A stretch of DNA of 64,000 nt, taken from assembly GCA_045105615.1 (NCBI GenBank), contig JBGCDS010000006.1:3026-67025 (forward strand), written 5' to 3'. Numbering within the stretch: the first letter of the stretch is position 1; each line of letters opens with the position of its first letter. Both the position numbers and the translations under genes were made by a program. The stretch is from Gammaproteobacteria bacterium (GTDB lineage Bacteria > Pseudomonadota > Gammaproteobacteria > UBA4575). The notes under the pieces were generated by a model. That model saw nothing but the letters and a program-made list of their open reading frames with translations, did not search any database and was not told where the DNA came from. Of the stretch, positions 1 through 9,637 are shown piece by piece.

Positions 1-97
1 CGCTTATTCACCATATTTGTTATTTTTTGTTATTTTTTGGCATTTTTATTGCGTACTAATTAGTAAAAGAAAAGACCGAAATCTACAAGGAGGTTTC

Positions 98-352
98 ATG
101 AAGCCATTAATGTTAGCAACCACTTTATCTATTTCTATGCTGTCGACAAGTCAAGCTTGTGATGAAATGCAAACAACCCAAGCAGTGGTTGATTATGTGT
201 GCAATTACTCATTGGTAAGTAATACCCAATGCAGGATGTGGAAAGAGGATATGCGCCAAATGAGTTATAACAATCGCGTCATCATTGACTCATTCATAAG
301 CTGGGATAAAGATATGGAAGCAGAAAATAATTATGTGGCAGAGACTAACTAG
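98..352 (+). CDS. small secreted Cys-containing hypothetical protein. Start reassigned to the internal ATG, which is preceded by an AAGGAGG RBS
   Basis: RBS aaggagg at 88-94, 4 nt before the ATG at 98. Predicted signal peptide MKPLMLATTLSISMLSTSQA. Mature part has 4 Cys. No recognisable family. Confidence 0.4.
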   Translation: MKPLMLATTLSISMLSTSQACDEMQTTQAVVDYVCNYSLVSNTQCRMWKEDMRQMSYNNRVIIDSFISWDKDMEAENNYVAETN

Positions 353-367
353 CCACTATATTCAACG

Positions 368-396
368 CAAAAAAATCCCCGCATTTAGCGGGGATT
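368..396. terminator. rho-independent terminator (bidirectional), mainly serving the minus-strand molybdoenzyme operon
   Basis: Stem atccccgc / gcggggat (375-382 and 388-395) with a 5-nt loop. Flanked by A7 on the plus strand, which gives a U7 tail on the minus strand. Confidence 0.7.
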
Positions 397-421
397 GATA
401 TCATTTCTTTTTACACTGCGT

Positions 422-1360
422 CTAACACTGCTGTGTACCATGATATAGATTTACTACGTGTCGCGCTTCGGCAAAAAACAACCAGCGCTCTATCATCACA
501 CCAATAAAGCCGCTGATAACCGCAATGGCAAATACGACGTTGATTGGCATTAGACCCACGCCCACCCAAAGAACAAGTGCTGGTATTGCGAATGCAAACA
601 ACAATACTAGCCAACGCAACGCTATTAAACGTGCACGTGCTACTTCATAACCAAACTCTTCAGTTAAGAATGTTCCTGCGGTATGACCGACGTCAAGCAA
701 GCGCACCATACTTCTTGTAAACGAAGTTGCCGTATTGATAGTTGGCCCCGCCGGCGCGCCTATCCAAAAGAAATAAACAATTTTTGCAATCGCGGCAATA
801 ATAATCAAATATGTACTTGTGACAACTAAACCTGTTATCACTGGCTCATACATGGACACAATAAACAAAAATATTAAGCCACCTAACATCGCACCTAATA
901 AAATATAGTTAATAGGCGTTAGCGCGTTATGCCACTGTCTAATTGTTTTCAAGCAAGCGTAAATCATTCCTGTTGAGAAAATCGTAGTAATCGCCCACAA
1001 TGCTGAAAGCATTGAAATTATTGCTAACCAGTTATATCCCCCAATACTTTTCCATATAGTCAGCATATACAAACCAGCAATAGGATAAAACAAAATGGCT
1101 AACAACCCTTCTCGCGCCAACCAAGAGGTACGCACACGACTAAACGCACGCCATGCATTCTTAGGATTAGCTAAATGGAAAGTTGATGAGATCAAGCCAA
1201 AGGTTATTAAGCCCAGTGCAATAGCGCACGACAATAAAATACCTTCGTTGCCTAGCGGGTGTGCCTGACTAATAGAATTATACAAACATGTAATAGCAAA
1301 CAAGCCGTAGCCTGCGCCGGATGTTACCGTAAAAAATATTACTGATAGTGCTGGATGCAT
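422..1360 (-). CDS. NrfD/PsrC-type polytopic membrane anchor subunit of a Mo-bisPGD oxidoreductase (SoeC-like)
   Basis: 312 aa, about 8 predicted TM helices. Immediately downstream of, and co-directional with, the 4Fe-4S and catalytic subunit genes. Confidence 0.7.
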   Translation of the reverse strand: MHPALSVIFFTVTSGAGYGLFAITCLYNSISQAHPLGNEGILLSCAIALGLITFGLISSTFHLANPKNAWRAFSRVRTSWLAREGLLAILFYPIAGLYMLTIWKSIGGYNWLAIISMLSALWAITTIFSTGMIYACLKTIRQWHNALTPINYILLGAMLGGLIFLFIVSMYEPVITGLVVTSTYLIIIAAIAKIVYFFWIGAPAGPTINTATSFTRSMVRLLDVGHTAGTFLTEEFGYEVARARLIALRWLVLLFAFAIPALVLWVGVGLMPINVVFAIAVISGFIGVMIERWLFFAEARHVVNLYHGTQQC

Positions 1361-1378
1361 CGATATTCTTCCTTGATT

Positions 1379-2071
1379 TTATCTTGCCACTAAACGATTA
1401 ACCCAATCTTTCACTGCTTTGATTGACTTCGTTTCATTGACATAGGTATCTACATTTTTCTTTTCGCGCGGGCGTAAATATTTATTTACCGGCTCGTAAC
1501 CCAATTCAGGCATTAACTGCTCACCATTTCTTTCTCGAGAAATAATAGACACCTCTGAATTAGGATCATCAAAGTCACCGAAGTAACGTGCGTGAGACGG
1601 ACATGTCATCACACAGGCAGGCTTGCGCTCGTCTTCAGGTAAATTCTCATCGTAAATACGATCCACACATAAGGTGCACTTCTTCATCACACCATCTTCA
1701 CGATCTAACTCTCGTGCGCCATAAGGACAAGCCCATGCACAGTAGTTACATCCCATGCATTTATCCTGATCAACCAGGACAATGCCATCTTCTTCACGTT
1801 TGTAAGATGCGCCTGTTGGGCACACTGTCACGCACGCAGCATCATCACAATGCATACAAGACATTGGGAAGTGAACTGTTTTGCTGTTCGGATAATCGCC
1901 TACTTCATAGTTTCGAATACGATTAAACCAAACACCCGTTGGGTCTTTACCATAGGGTTCGAAATCTGTCAGTGGGCCAGTTGTTCCAGATGTATTCCAT
2001 TGTTTACACGCAACAGCACAGGCATTGCAGCCAACGCATGTATCTAAATCTATAACCAATCCTAGTTTCAT
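1379..2071 (-). CDS. four-cluster [4Fe-4S] ferredoxin subunit of a molybdopterin oxidoreductase (PsrB/DmsB/SoeB-like)
   Basis: 230 aa. Cys motifs CVGCNAC..C, CMHCDDAAC..CP, CMGCNYCAWACP and CTLC...C..CP. Confidence 0.85.
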   Translation of the reverse strand: MKLGLVIDLDTCVGCNACAVACKQWNTSGTTGPLTDFEPYGKDPTGVWFNRIRNYEVGDYPNSKTVHFPMSCMHCDDAACVTVCPTGASYKREEDGIVLVDQDKCMGCNYCAWACPYGARELDREDGVMKKCTLCVDRIYDENLPEDERKPACVMTCPSHARYFGDFDDPNSEVSIISRERNGEQLMPELGYEPVNKYLRPREKKNVDTYVNETKSIKAVKDWVNRLVAR

Positions 2072-2073
2072 TA

Positions 2074-5001
2074 TTACTTATCCCTCTTTGTATCGCCGCG
2101 CGTTAAAATATCTTTTAGCGAACGATTCAAGCCAACTGCTTTATGTGTTTGGTAACGTAGCTTCTCTTTTGATCTTTCCGACCCAGGTAAAGGCTTGATC
2201 GTTTCAAAGCTTGGCCATACACCTATTTCCCCTTTTTTCGCTGGATATATTTTTACCTGCAAATCATACCAAGCGGCTTGTCCAGTAATCGGGTCCGAGT
2301 TTGTAATTGGTCTTCCTGTATCACCACATGGTAGATGCTCGTTAATCAAATGATTCAACAAGAAGCCTTGATTGGATTCGTTTGCATCAGCATCTAGTCC
2401 CCATGTGCCACGTTGCTTACCAATCGCGTTCCATGTCCAGACGGTGCTTTTCTCAACACCCTCCATCAACTTAACCTGCACACGAATTCGACCAGTCTTT
2501 GATTCTAACCAGATCCAAGATAAATCCTCGATACCCATGTCTTGCGCTTGCTGACGATTCATATACATATAGTTTTGCGCAAGAATTTGGCGCAACCATG
2601 CATTTTGAGAGTCCCACGAGTGATACATCATCATCGGACGTTGAGTAATCGCATGGAATGGATACTCTTCTATAGAAGTACAGCGTTGCTCTAATGGAAT
2701 GTAGAACTCAGGCAACGGATCAAAGAAACGCGCAGTACGATATTGGTCACGCTCATCTTTTGGTTGTGGACCATCGTACAAACCTAAGCCTGCTAATCGG
2801 AATTTCTGCAATGTTTCAGAATACAATTCCATAATGATCGGCTTAGTACTACCAACAAACCCAGCATGTTTAGCGAATTCCAAATAATCTTTATTTGCAA
2901 ATCGATAAAAACGCTCATGCTTTGCTAACTTATATTCAAAGAAGCATTCGTTCTCAACATACTTCTCCCACTGTTTTGGATTCGGCTCACCGCGTAAAGA
3001 TTTCTCACCATCTTTACCACGCCATCCAGCCAAGAAACCAATCCCAGGTGCTTTTTCGTAGTTAACAATAAAGTCTTTATAGCCTTTATATTTTGCAGTG
3101 CCATCTTCATTTGTAAACGCAGGAAATTTTAAGCGCGAAGCAAGCTCAACCATCACTTCTTGCCAAGGACGTACATCCGTTGTTATCTCAACGACTGGCG
3201 CACGTATCGCATCACACACACCATCAGGTTCAGAGATAGGACGATCCAGCATTGATATTGTATCGAATCTTTCTAAGTAAGTTGTATCAGGCAATACCAA
3301 ATCAGCGAATGCCACCATCTCTGAATGGAACGCATCAGCTACTACCAAGAACGGAAGTTTATATTCACCCTTGTCGTCTTTTTCTCGCAGAAGATCTCTG
3401 ATCTTGCCAGTGTTCATGGATGAGTTCCAACTCATATTCGCCATGAAGAAAATCAATGTGTCGATTGGATAGGGGTCTCCATTAACAGCATTGGTAATAA
3501 CCATATGCATCAAACCATGGTTAGCAATCGGTGCTTCCCACGAATAAGCTTTATCTATACGTAATGGCTTACCATTCTCATCAATAACCAAATCTTCGGG
3601 ACAGGTTGGGAATCCCAATGGCGGCCCATCTAATGGCTCCCCTGGTGCTTTAGGCTTTGCTGGTTTAATTGGCGGGCAGACATGCTTAGGGAATGGTGGT
3701 TTTGCTAAATGTCCACCGGGCACATCAACACTACCTAACAATACCTGTAGCAGGTGAATTGCACGACAGGCTTGGAATCCGTTTGAATGCGCTGAAACAC
3801 CACGCATTGCATGCATAGAAACAGGTCGGCCAATAAAGCTATCATGTTTACGTCCCGCCCAATCAGTCCACTCTGTTTTAATTTCAATACTTTCTTCAAA
3901 TGCGACATGCGCCATCTCTAACGCAAGACGTTCAATCACATCTGCGGGAACACCGCAAATCTTTGTAGCATTTTCTGGAGCATACTCATCTGACAAATAG
4001 CGTTCTGCCAACAAGGTAAATGACGTCTTAACTGTTTTGCCCTCGGGTGTTTGGTACTCACCAAACAAAGCTGGCTTAATGTCTGCAAGAGTTGCATCAA
4101 CGAATGTTTCTTTTTCTAAATCCCACGCCAGCGGCTGACCTTCTTCATCACGATAAATAAGACCATCACCCACTTCTTGGGGAGTTTGCACAACAAGCTG
4201 TGTTGCATTGGTATATTGAACAACATAGTCGTAGTCGAATAAATCATTCTTCAATAAAACATGCGCCATTGATAACGCAAGCATGCCATCAGTACCCGGC
4301 TTGATTGGAACCCACTCGTCAGCAATCGCTTGGTAGCCAGTACGAACAGGGTTAATAGAAACAAACTTTGCGCCACGGCGTTTTAATTTCTCTAAACCAA
4401 TTTTAATTGGGTTGGATGAATGATCTTCTGCCACCCCCCACATTAAAAAGTATTTAGTACGGTCCCAATCTGGATCTCCGAATTCCCAAAATGATTGGCC
4501 AGTGGTATACAAACCAGCCGCCGCCATGTTCACAGAACAGAAACCACCGTGAGCCGCCCAGTTAATGGTTCCAAACTGCTGCGCCCAAAAACCTGTTAGT
4601 GCCTGCATCTGGTCTCGGCCAGTAAAGAAAGCCAATTTTTTAGGATCAGTCTTACGAATGTTATCTAAGCGCTTAGTGAGATAATCTAATGCCGTATCCC
4701 AACTTACAGGCTCGAAATCACCCTCACCACGTTCGCTGCCTTTCTTACGCATGAGCGGCTGAGTTAATTTCCCAGGAGAATTTTGTTTCATGATGCCAGC
4801 ATTACCCTTGGCACACAGCACACCCTTATTAATAGGGTGATTCTTATTACCCTGAATAAAGCGAACTAGATTATCTTCGACTGTAACCTTAATGCCGCAG
4901 CGACAGGCGCACATATAGCAAGTCGTAAACTTTTGCTCTTGTTTACTGTGGTCTTCAAATTGAGGTAAATTTTCTGGCACCGATATTCCTTTTGTGGCCA
5001 T
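2074..5001 (-). CDS. molybdopterin (Mo-bisPGD) oxidoreductase catalytic subunit with no Tat signal. Candidate SoeA (sulfite dehydrogenase, quinone)
   Basis: About 975 aa. N-terminal FeS0 motif CYMCACRCG..C. The longest ORF begins at TTG (5013), but ATG at 5001 (MATKGIS...) is the likelier start. An in-frame stop lies 4 codons upstream of the TTG. No RRxFLK motif. Confidence 0.8.
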   Translation of the reverse strand: MATKGISVPENLPQFEDHSKQEQKFTTCYMCACRCGIKVTVEDNLVRFIQGNKNHPINKGVLCAKGNAGIMKQNSPGKLTQPLMRKKGSERGEGDFEPVSWDTALDYLTKRLDNIRKTDPKKLAFFTGRDQMQALTGFWAQQFGTINWAAHGGFCSVNMAAAGLYTTGQSFWEFGDPDWDRTKYFLMWGVAEDHSSNPIKIGLEKLKRRGAKFVSINPVRTGYQAIADEWVPIKPGTDGMLALSMAHVLLKNDLFDYDYVVQYTNATQLVVQTPQEVGDGLIYRDEEGQPLAWDLEKETFVDATLADIKPALFGEYQTPEGKTVKTSFTLLAERYLSDEYAPENATKICGVPADVIERLALEMAHVAFEESIEIKTEWTDWAGRKHDSFIGRPVSMHAMRGVSAHSNGFQACRAIHLLQVLLGSVDVPGGHLAKPPFPKHVCPPIKPAKPKAPGEPLDGPPLGFPTCPEDLVIDENGKPLRIDKAYSWEAPIANHGLMHMVITNAVNGDPYPIDTLIFFMANMSWNSSMNTGKIRDLLREKDDKGEYKLPFLVVADAFHSEMVAFADLVLPDTTYLERFDTISMLDRPISEPDGVCDAIRAPVVEITTDVRPWQEVMVELASRLKFPAFTNEDGTAKYKGYKDFIVNYEKAPGIGFLAGWRGKDGEKSLRGEPNPKQWEKYVENECFFEYKLAKHERFYRFANKDYLEFAKHAGFVGSTKPIIMELYSETLQKFRLAGLGLYDGPQPKDERDQYRTARFFDPLPEFYIPLEQRCTSIEEYPFHAITQRPMMMYHSWDSQNAWLRQILAQNYMYMNRQQAQDMGIEDLSWIWLESKTGRIRVQVKLMEGVEKSTVWTWNAIGKQRGTWGLDADANESNQGFLLNHLINEHLPCGDTGRPITNSDPITGQAAWYDLQVKIYPAKKGEIGVWPSFETIKPLPGSERSKEKLRYQTHKAVGLNRSLKDILTRGDTKRDK

Positions 5002-5298
5002 TCTACTCTTCAATGAGTAGCATTAACGACTAAAGATTGGATTCCTATACGTATAATATAAACAAATAAGTATCATTTAATATTCTTATACACTAACGCT
5101 GTTCGTTTCCATGACGCCAATTAATCTTGCTAATACCCATATATCCAGAGACTCAATAGATAGAAATTGTTTAAAAAGACACCAGGATAGTGCTTAAATC
5201 ATCTCCCAAATGATTGATTTTCATGATTTTATTGCACTATTCGCGTTTTCCTAAGTCATAATGTAGTGTGACTAAAAGAACAGCAGGAGATTAACTCG

Positions 5299-5979
5299 AT
5301 GGAAGCATATGAGGGCCTAATTCAGACCATCGCACTGACCATGGGCGTTGCCTGGGCCAGTGGTATTAACCTATATGGCACCTTAGTCGCGCTTGGCGTG
5401 ATGATGAATTTAGGCTATGTGGAGCTTCCGCCTGACCTACAGGTCGTTGGTGATCCACTGGTCATCGCCGCCGCAGGTTTCATGTATATCGTCGAGTTCT
5501 TTGCCGATAAGGTTCCTGGCGTCGATACCGGCTGGGACACATTACATACGCTAGTCCGCATTCCCGCAGGTGCACTTTTAGCCGCAGGTGCTATTGGCGA
5601 AGTTGGCGCTGGCGCAGAAATTGCGGCCGCCTTGGTTGGCGGCACTATTGCCGCAGGTACTCACTTTACAAAAGCCGGTACGCGCGTACTTATTAATACC
5701 TCCCCTGAACCCTTTTCCAACTGGACGGCTTCCATCGCCGAAGATGTCGCAGTATTTGCAGGCTTATGGGCAGCACTTCAACATCCCCTATTGTTCCTGA
5801 TACTTTTGTTCATCTTCATCATATTGATGATTTGGTTATTACCTAAATTATTTCGTGCCATCAAAAAAGTCTTTCGTTTCTTTATTAACTTCTTCGCAGG
5901 TAAAAAAGAACCCGAGCCTGAGACTAGCTTTGAATCAGCCGCAGATTCAGTTGATCCACCCACCCTCACCAAAGACTAA
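5299..5979 (+). CDS. DUF4126 family membrane protein
   Basis: GVAWASGINLYGTL and VEFFADKVPGVDTGWDTLHTLVRIPAGALLAA motifs typical of DUF4126. RBS caggag. Confidence 0.6.
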   Translation: MEAYEGLIQTIALTMGVAWASGINLYGTLVALGVMMNLGYVELPPDLQVVGDPLVIAAAGFMYIVEFFADKVPGVDTGWDTLHTLVRIPAGALLAAGAIGEVGAGAEIAAALVGGTIAAGTHFTKAGTRVLINTSPEPFSNWTASIAEDVAVFAGLWAALQHPLLFLILLFIFIILMIWLLPKLFRAIKKVFRFFINFFAGKKEPEPETSFESAADSVDPPTLTKD

Positions 5980-6101
5980 CCAAGCCACGCACTTATCTAC
6001 AAGTGGGTGGCTTTAACTACTCACAACTACTTGTTCTAAAACGCCTAATGGCTATGTAAACTAGCTAGCTTTTTAGCATTAGGCAGTCAAAGGTTATTAA
6101 C

Positions 6102-6845
6102 ATGTCAAACTGGATCGACGCAGAAGTTATTGAAAACATTCGCTGGACAGATACGCTTTACTCATTAAGAGTCAAAGGCGATATTGGCGAATATGAAGCA
6201 GGTCAATTTGGCCGCTTAGGATTAATGATTGATGATCAAATTGTTGGCCGTCCTTATTCCTTTGTAAGCGCCCCACATGAAGACTTCTATGAGTTTTATT
6301 CAATTGATGTCGCCGAAGGTCTACTTTCGCCAAAACTAGCAAAGCTAGAAGCAGGCGATCATATTTACCTAGGCAAAAAAGCTAACGGATTCTTAGTGCT
6401 CAATGAAATTCCAGAAAGTGATGACCTATGGATGATTTCAACTGGTACTGGTATTGGTCCATTCTTATCAATTTTAAAAACGGAAAAACCTTGGGAACGC
6501 TTCAAAAAATGCGTATTGGTTCATGCTGTTCGTACTGCCTCTGAACTCACCTACCAAGATTTAATTAACGACGTTAAACAACAGCACCCCGATCAATTTG
6601 AGTACGTGCCATTTGTGAGTCGCGAGAAAACTGATTTCGCTTTACCCGGACGCATCCCTAAGGCATTAAAGAAAGGCAAACTTGAAGAACGAGTTGGCTT
6701 AAAGATTGAAAATGGTAAATCACAAATCATGTTATGCGGCAATCCAGACATGGTAAAAGATGTGCGTGAAACATTAGAAAAACGCGGCATGACTAAAAAC
6801 CTTCGCAAAACACCAGGCAGTATTAGCACAGAAAATTATTGGTAA
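6102..6845 (+). CDS. fpr: ferredoxin/flavodoxin--NADP+ reductase
   Basis: 247 aa, near full-length similarity to E. coli Fpr (NWTD.LFSL, GQF.KLGL, WM.ATGT.IGP.LSIL, MLCGNP.MV, HY/NYW C-terminus). Confidence 0.9.
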   Translation: MSNWIDAEVIENIRWTDTLYSLRVKGDIGEYEAGQFGRLGLMIDDQIVGRPYSFVSAPHEDFYEFYSIDVAEGLLSPKLAKLEAGDHIYLGKKANGFLVLNEIPESDDLWMISTGTGIGPFLSILKTEKPWERFKKCVLVHAVRTASELTYQDLINDVKQQHPDQFEYVPFVSREKTDFALPGRIPKALKKGKLEERVGLKIENGKSQIMLCGNPDMVKDVRETLEKRGMTKNLRKTPGSISTENYW

Positions 6846-6858
6846 TCGCCCAACCAAA

Positions 6859-8010
6859 ATGTTCATATCCAATCATTCACAAAAATCAATTCATTCTATA
6901 AATCTATTTTTACTTGTTCTACTTTTGCAATTAAGCTCACTCGCAATCGCTGAGAATATTTATTCTTCTGATCAACATGATTTCAAACTTACCGAAATTA
7001 CAGACGGCTTAGAACGTCCCTGGGGTTTAGCCTTTCTCCCTAATGGTGATTTCTTGGTTACTGAAAGAGTTGGTCGATTAAGAATAGTTAAATCTGGAAA
7101 ACTTATTGAACAAGAAATTACTGGCCTACCAAAAAATATTTTTGCCAAAGGACAGGGAGGCCTATTAGACGTCGTTATCCATCCTGACTTTAAAGCGAAC
7201 GGCCTGATTTATATTTCATATGCTGGTCGTGGCAAGGGAGGTGCAGGCACTGAAGTCGCTAGAGCTCGACTCACAGACAATCAACTTGTCGACTTAGAAA
7301 CTATTTTTATTGTTGAACCTAAAACACCGGGGAGTCTTCACTATGGCTCAAGATTAGTGTTTGCAAACGATGGGACTTTATTTATTACGACAGGTGATCG
7401 CTACGACCGTTTGCATGAAGCACAAAAGCCTAGCAATCACCTAGGTGCGATTATTCGCATTCACGATGATGGCTCAGTGCCAAATGACAACCCATTTGTT
7501 GATCACGAAAATTACCTGCCTGAAATTTATTCGTACGGCCATCGTAATGCACAGGGTGTCGCCATGCGTATGACTGATCACTCTATTTGGGCACATGAGC
7601 ATGGTCCACGTGGTGGCGATGAAATCAACAAGCTTAAAGCTGGAGCAAACTATGGATGGCCTGCGATTACCTATGGCATTGATTACAGTGGTGCCATTAT
7701 TTCCGAGAAAACTCATGCAGTCGGAATGGAGCAGCCCATTGTTTATTGGGATCCTTCTATTGCACCTAGCGGCATGACTTTCTATTCAGGCGATAATTTT
7801 CCGCAGTGGAAAGGTGATATCTTTGTTGGCGCACTTGTATTAAAGCATTTGCGTCGCTTGAAAATGCAAGGTGACAGGGTTATCAGTCAAGAAATTTTAC
7901 TAGAGGGCATGGCTCGTATTCGCGATGTGCGTAATGGCCCTGATGGCTACTTATATATTCTTACTGATGAAAAAAATGGCAAGCTATTAAGATTAGAGCC
8001 CATAAAATAA
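6859..8010 (+). CDS. PQQ-dependent soluble sugar (aldose/sorbosone) dehydrogenase, YliI/Asd family, with signal peptide
   Basis: Beta-propeller motifs (PWGLAFLPNGDFLVTER, GRLRIV), N-terminal signal peptide. Confidence 0.75.
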   Translation: MFISNHSQKSIHSINLFLLVLLLQLSSLAIAENIYSSDQHDFKLTEITDGLERPWGLAFLPNGDFLVTERVGRLRIVKSGKLIEQEITGLPKNIFAKGQGGLLDVVIHPDFKANGLIYISYAGRGKGGAGTEVARARLTDNQLVDLETIFIVEPKTPGSLHYGSRLVFANDGTLFITTGDRYDRLHEAQKPSNHLGAIIRIHDDGSVPNDNPFVDHENYLPEIYSYGHRNAQGVAMRMTDHSIWAHEHGPRGGDEINKLKAGANYGWPAITYGIDYSGAIISEKTHAVGMEQPIVYWDPSIAPSGMTFYSGDNFPQWKGDIFVGALVLKHLRRLKMQGDRVISQEILLEGMARIRDVRNGPDGYLYILTDEKNGKLLRLEPIK

Positions 8011-8032
8011 CCCTGACCAATTAACGCCATAC

Positions 8033-8410
8033 TTGATGCTGACTTACAATGAATTTAATACCTTTTGTGACTCACTTGCTGTGACATCACATGTAGTTCA
8101 GTGGGGGCATTCTCATGTATGGAAAGTATCAGACAAAGTATTTGCCATTGGTGGCTGGCAAAAAACCGCATCACCAGCATTTACATTTAAAGTCTCAGAG
8201 ATTTCATTTGAGATTTTAAAAGATTTACCAGGGCTACGACCCGCACCTTATTTTGCTTCGCGCGGAATGTCGTGGATTCAGCATTATGATGAACCTGGAT
8301 TACCAAACGATGAGCTTAAGGAATACATACTTGAATCACACCGTATTTTATCACTTGGTTTTTCTAAGAAAAAAAGGAAATCACTGGGGCTTTACTCTAA
8401 CGAACTATAG
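8033..8410 (+). CDS. MmcQ/YjbR family putative DNA-binding protein
   Basis: 125 aa with the YjbR-like fold signature (VFAI..W...F.FK). Confidence 0.5.
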   Translation: MMLTYNEFNTFCDSLAVTSHVVQWGHSHVWKVSDKVFAIGGWQKTASPAFTFKVSEISFEILKDLPGLRPAPYFASRGMSWIQHYDEPGLPNDELKEYILESHRILSLGFSKKKRKSLGLYSNEL

Positions 8411-8500
8411 GTGTAATTATTTATTCAATATGCTGACCTGCTATTCATCATAAGCACAACGAAAACCAATTGAGCCATAGATACTACGTACATTAACAGA

Positions 8501-9001
8501 CTAATTGTCTTTTAATGTTCGCGGCGTCATTAGAGACTTTTTAGTCCCACAGTCAGGACCGATGGATTTCCATTCATCAACAAGCAATTGAATACTATAA
8601 ACTGCACAGGTAGGTAAATTTGAAAGCCGGTCACCTGTTAAATAGTTACATAATTCAGTCAGACCAGGATTATGAGCAATCAGCGCTACATGCTGATCTT
8701 GATCACTCAACTGCTCAATAAATGATACTAAATGAGCCACTGGTGCTAAATATAAGGATTGCTCATAGCAAATACTGTCTTCAGGTAGCGTCAAAAAATG
8801 ATTTAACTCTTGCAGTGTTAGCCTTGCACGATTTGCTTTACTGCAATACAACCTATCAAATGGTTGATTATTAGCAATTAAGTAGTCACCAATTAACTGC
8901 GCATCGCTGCAGCCACGATCATTTAATGCCCTATCAAAATCCCTGCAGCCTGCAGACCAGTCAGATTTAGCATGGCGAATAACACTAAGCTGCTTACTCA
9001 T
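8501..9001 (-). CDS. histidine phosphatase superfamily protein, SixA-like phosphohistidine phosphatase
   Basis: N-terminal VIRHAKS (RHG/RHA catalytic motif) and IAHNPGL (SixA HxP motif). 166 aa. Confidence 0.55.
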   Translation of the reverse strand: MSKQLSVIRHAKSDWSAGCRDFDRALNDRGCSDAQLIGDYLIANNQPFDRLYCSKANRARLTLQELNHFLTLPEDSICYEQSLYLAPVAHLVSFIEQLSDQDQHVALIAHNPGLTELCNYLTGDRLSNLPTCAVYSIQLLVDEWKSIGPDCGTKKSLMTPRTLKDN

Positions 9002-9112
9002 ATAGTCATGTTAATAATTGTTATATAAAATCTCAATGTTTGTTTATTGTAGACAGTGGTAGAACCTGTAAAATGAGCGCCTCAATTAAAATCACTTATA
9101 GGTCTAGATGAT

Positions 9113-9538
9113 ATGCGTATCGCTACTTTAACCATTGCAAGCTTACTGACTTTATCCACAACCCATCTAGCCATAGCAGCTGATAGCGTTTCAATTGAAC
9201 CGGGCTTATGGGAAGTATCTACCACAATGACTTCACCAATGTTTCCTCAGCCGCGCGTTCAAACTCAACAAGAGTGCATGCAAGAATCACAAATCAGCCC
9301 AGAAACTCTCGCTCCTAGCGAAAACGGCGAATGCACTATAGTGGATACTAATATCAGTGGTGACACGCTAAGTTGGTCTATGCGGTGCAGCACCCCTGGC
9401 GGCGTTATGAAGGGTCAGGGCTCATTTGAATCTAAGGGTGATTCTGGTTCTGGCAACATGCAAATGAACATGGATATTGAAGGCCAGTCTTTCTCTATGG
9501 AGTTAGTCTGGAAAGGTCGCCGAGTAGGTTCTTGTTAA
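9113..9538 (+). CDS. DUF3617-like secreted protein
   Basis: Signal peptide, then the PGLWE motif. 141 aa. Confidence 0.5.
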   Translation: MRIATLTIASLLTLSTTHLAIAADSVSIEPGLWEVSTTMTSPMFPQPRVQTQQECMQESQISPETLAPSENGECTIVDTNISGDTLSWSMRCSTPGGVMKGQGSFESKGDSGSGNMQMNMDIEGQSFSMELVWKGRRVGSC

Positions 9539-9637
9539 CTCTCTAGCCTTAGAAATAATTCATACTTAATACACTTTGCGGCAGGATCATGCTGTCGCTT
9601 TATCTTTTTTAAATTAATCTTAAGGAGCATAGTAAAT

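Noticed and set aside
1588-2047. ORFs of 112 aa and 65 aa on the plus strand inside the ferredoxin-subunit gene
   Set aside because: Antisense shadow ORFs within a well-supported FeS-subunit CDS. No RBS and no family.
2074-5013. Possibility that the catalytic subunit has a Tat leader under a different start codon
   Set aside because: An in-frame TAA lies four codons upstream of the TTG at 5013. No RR motif anywhere in the first 60 residues. Conclusion kept: no Tat signal.
5014-5298. Possible FNR/NarL-type site (ttgat-tttc-atgat near 5213-5227) in the divergent promoter of the molybdoenzyme operon
   Set aside because: Only a partial match to TTGAT-N4-ATCAA (second half-site 3/5). Cannot be supported without a motif scan or comparative data.
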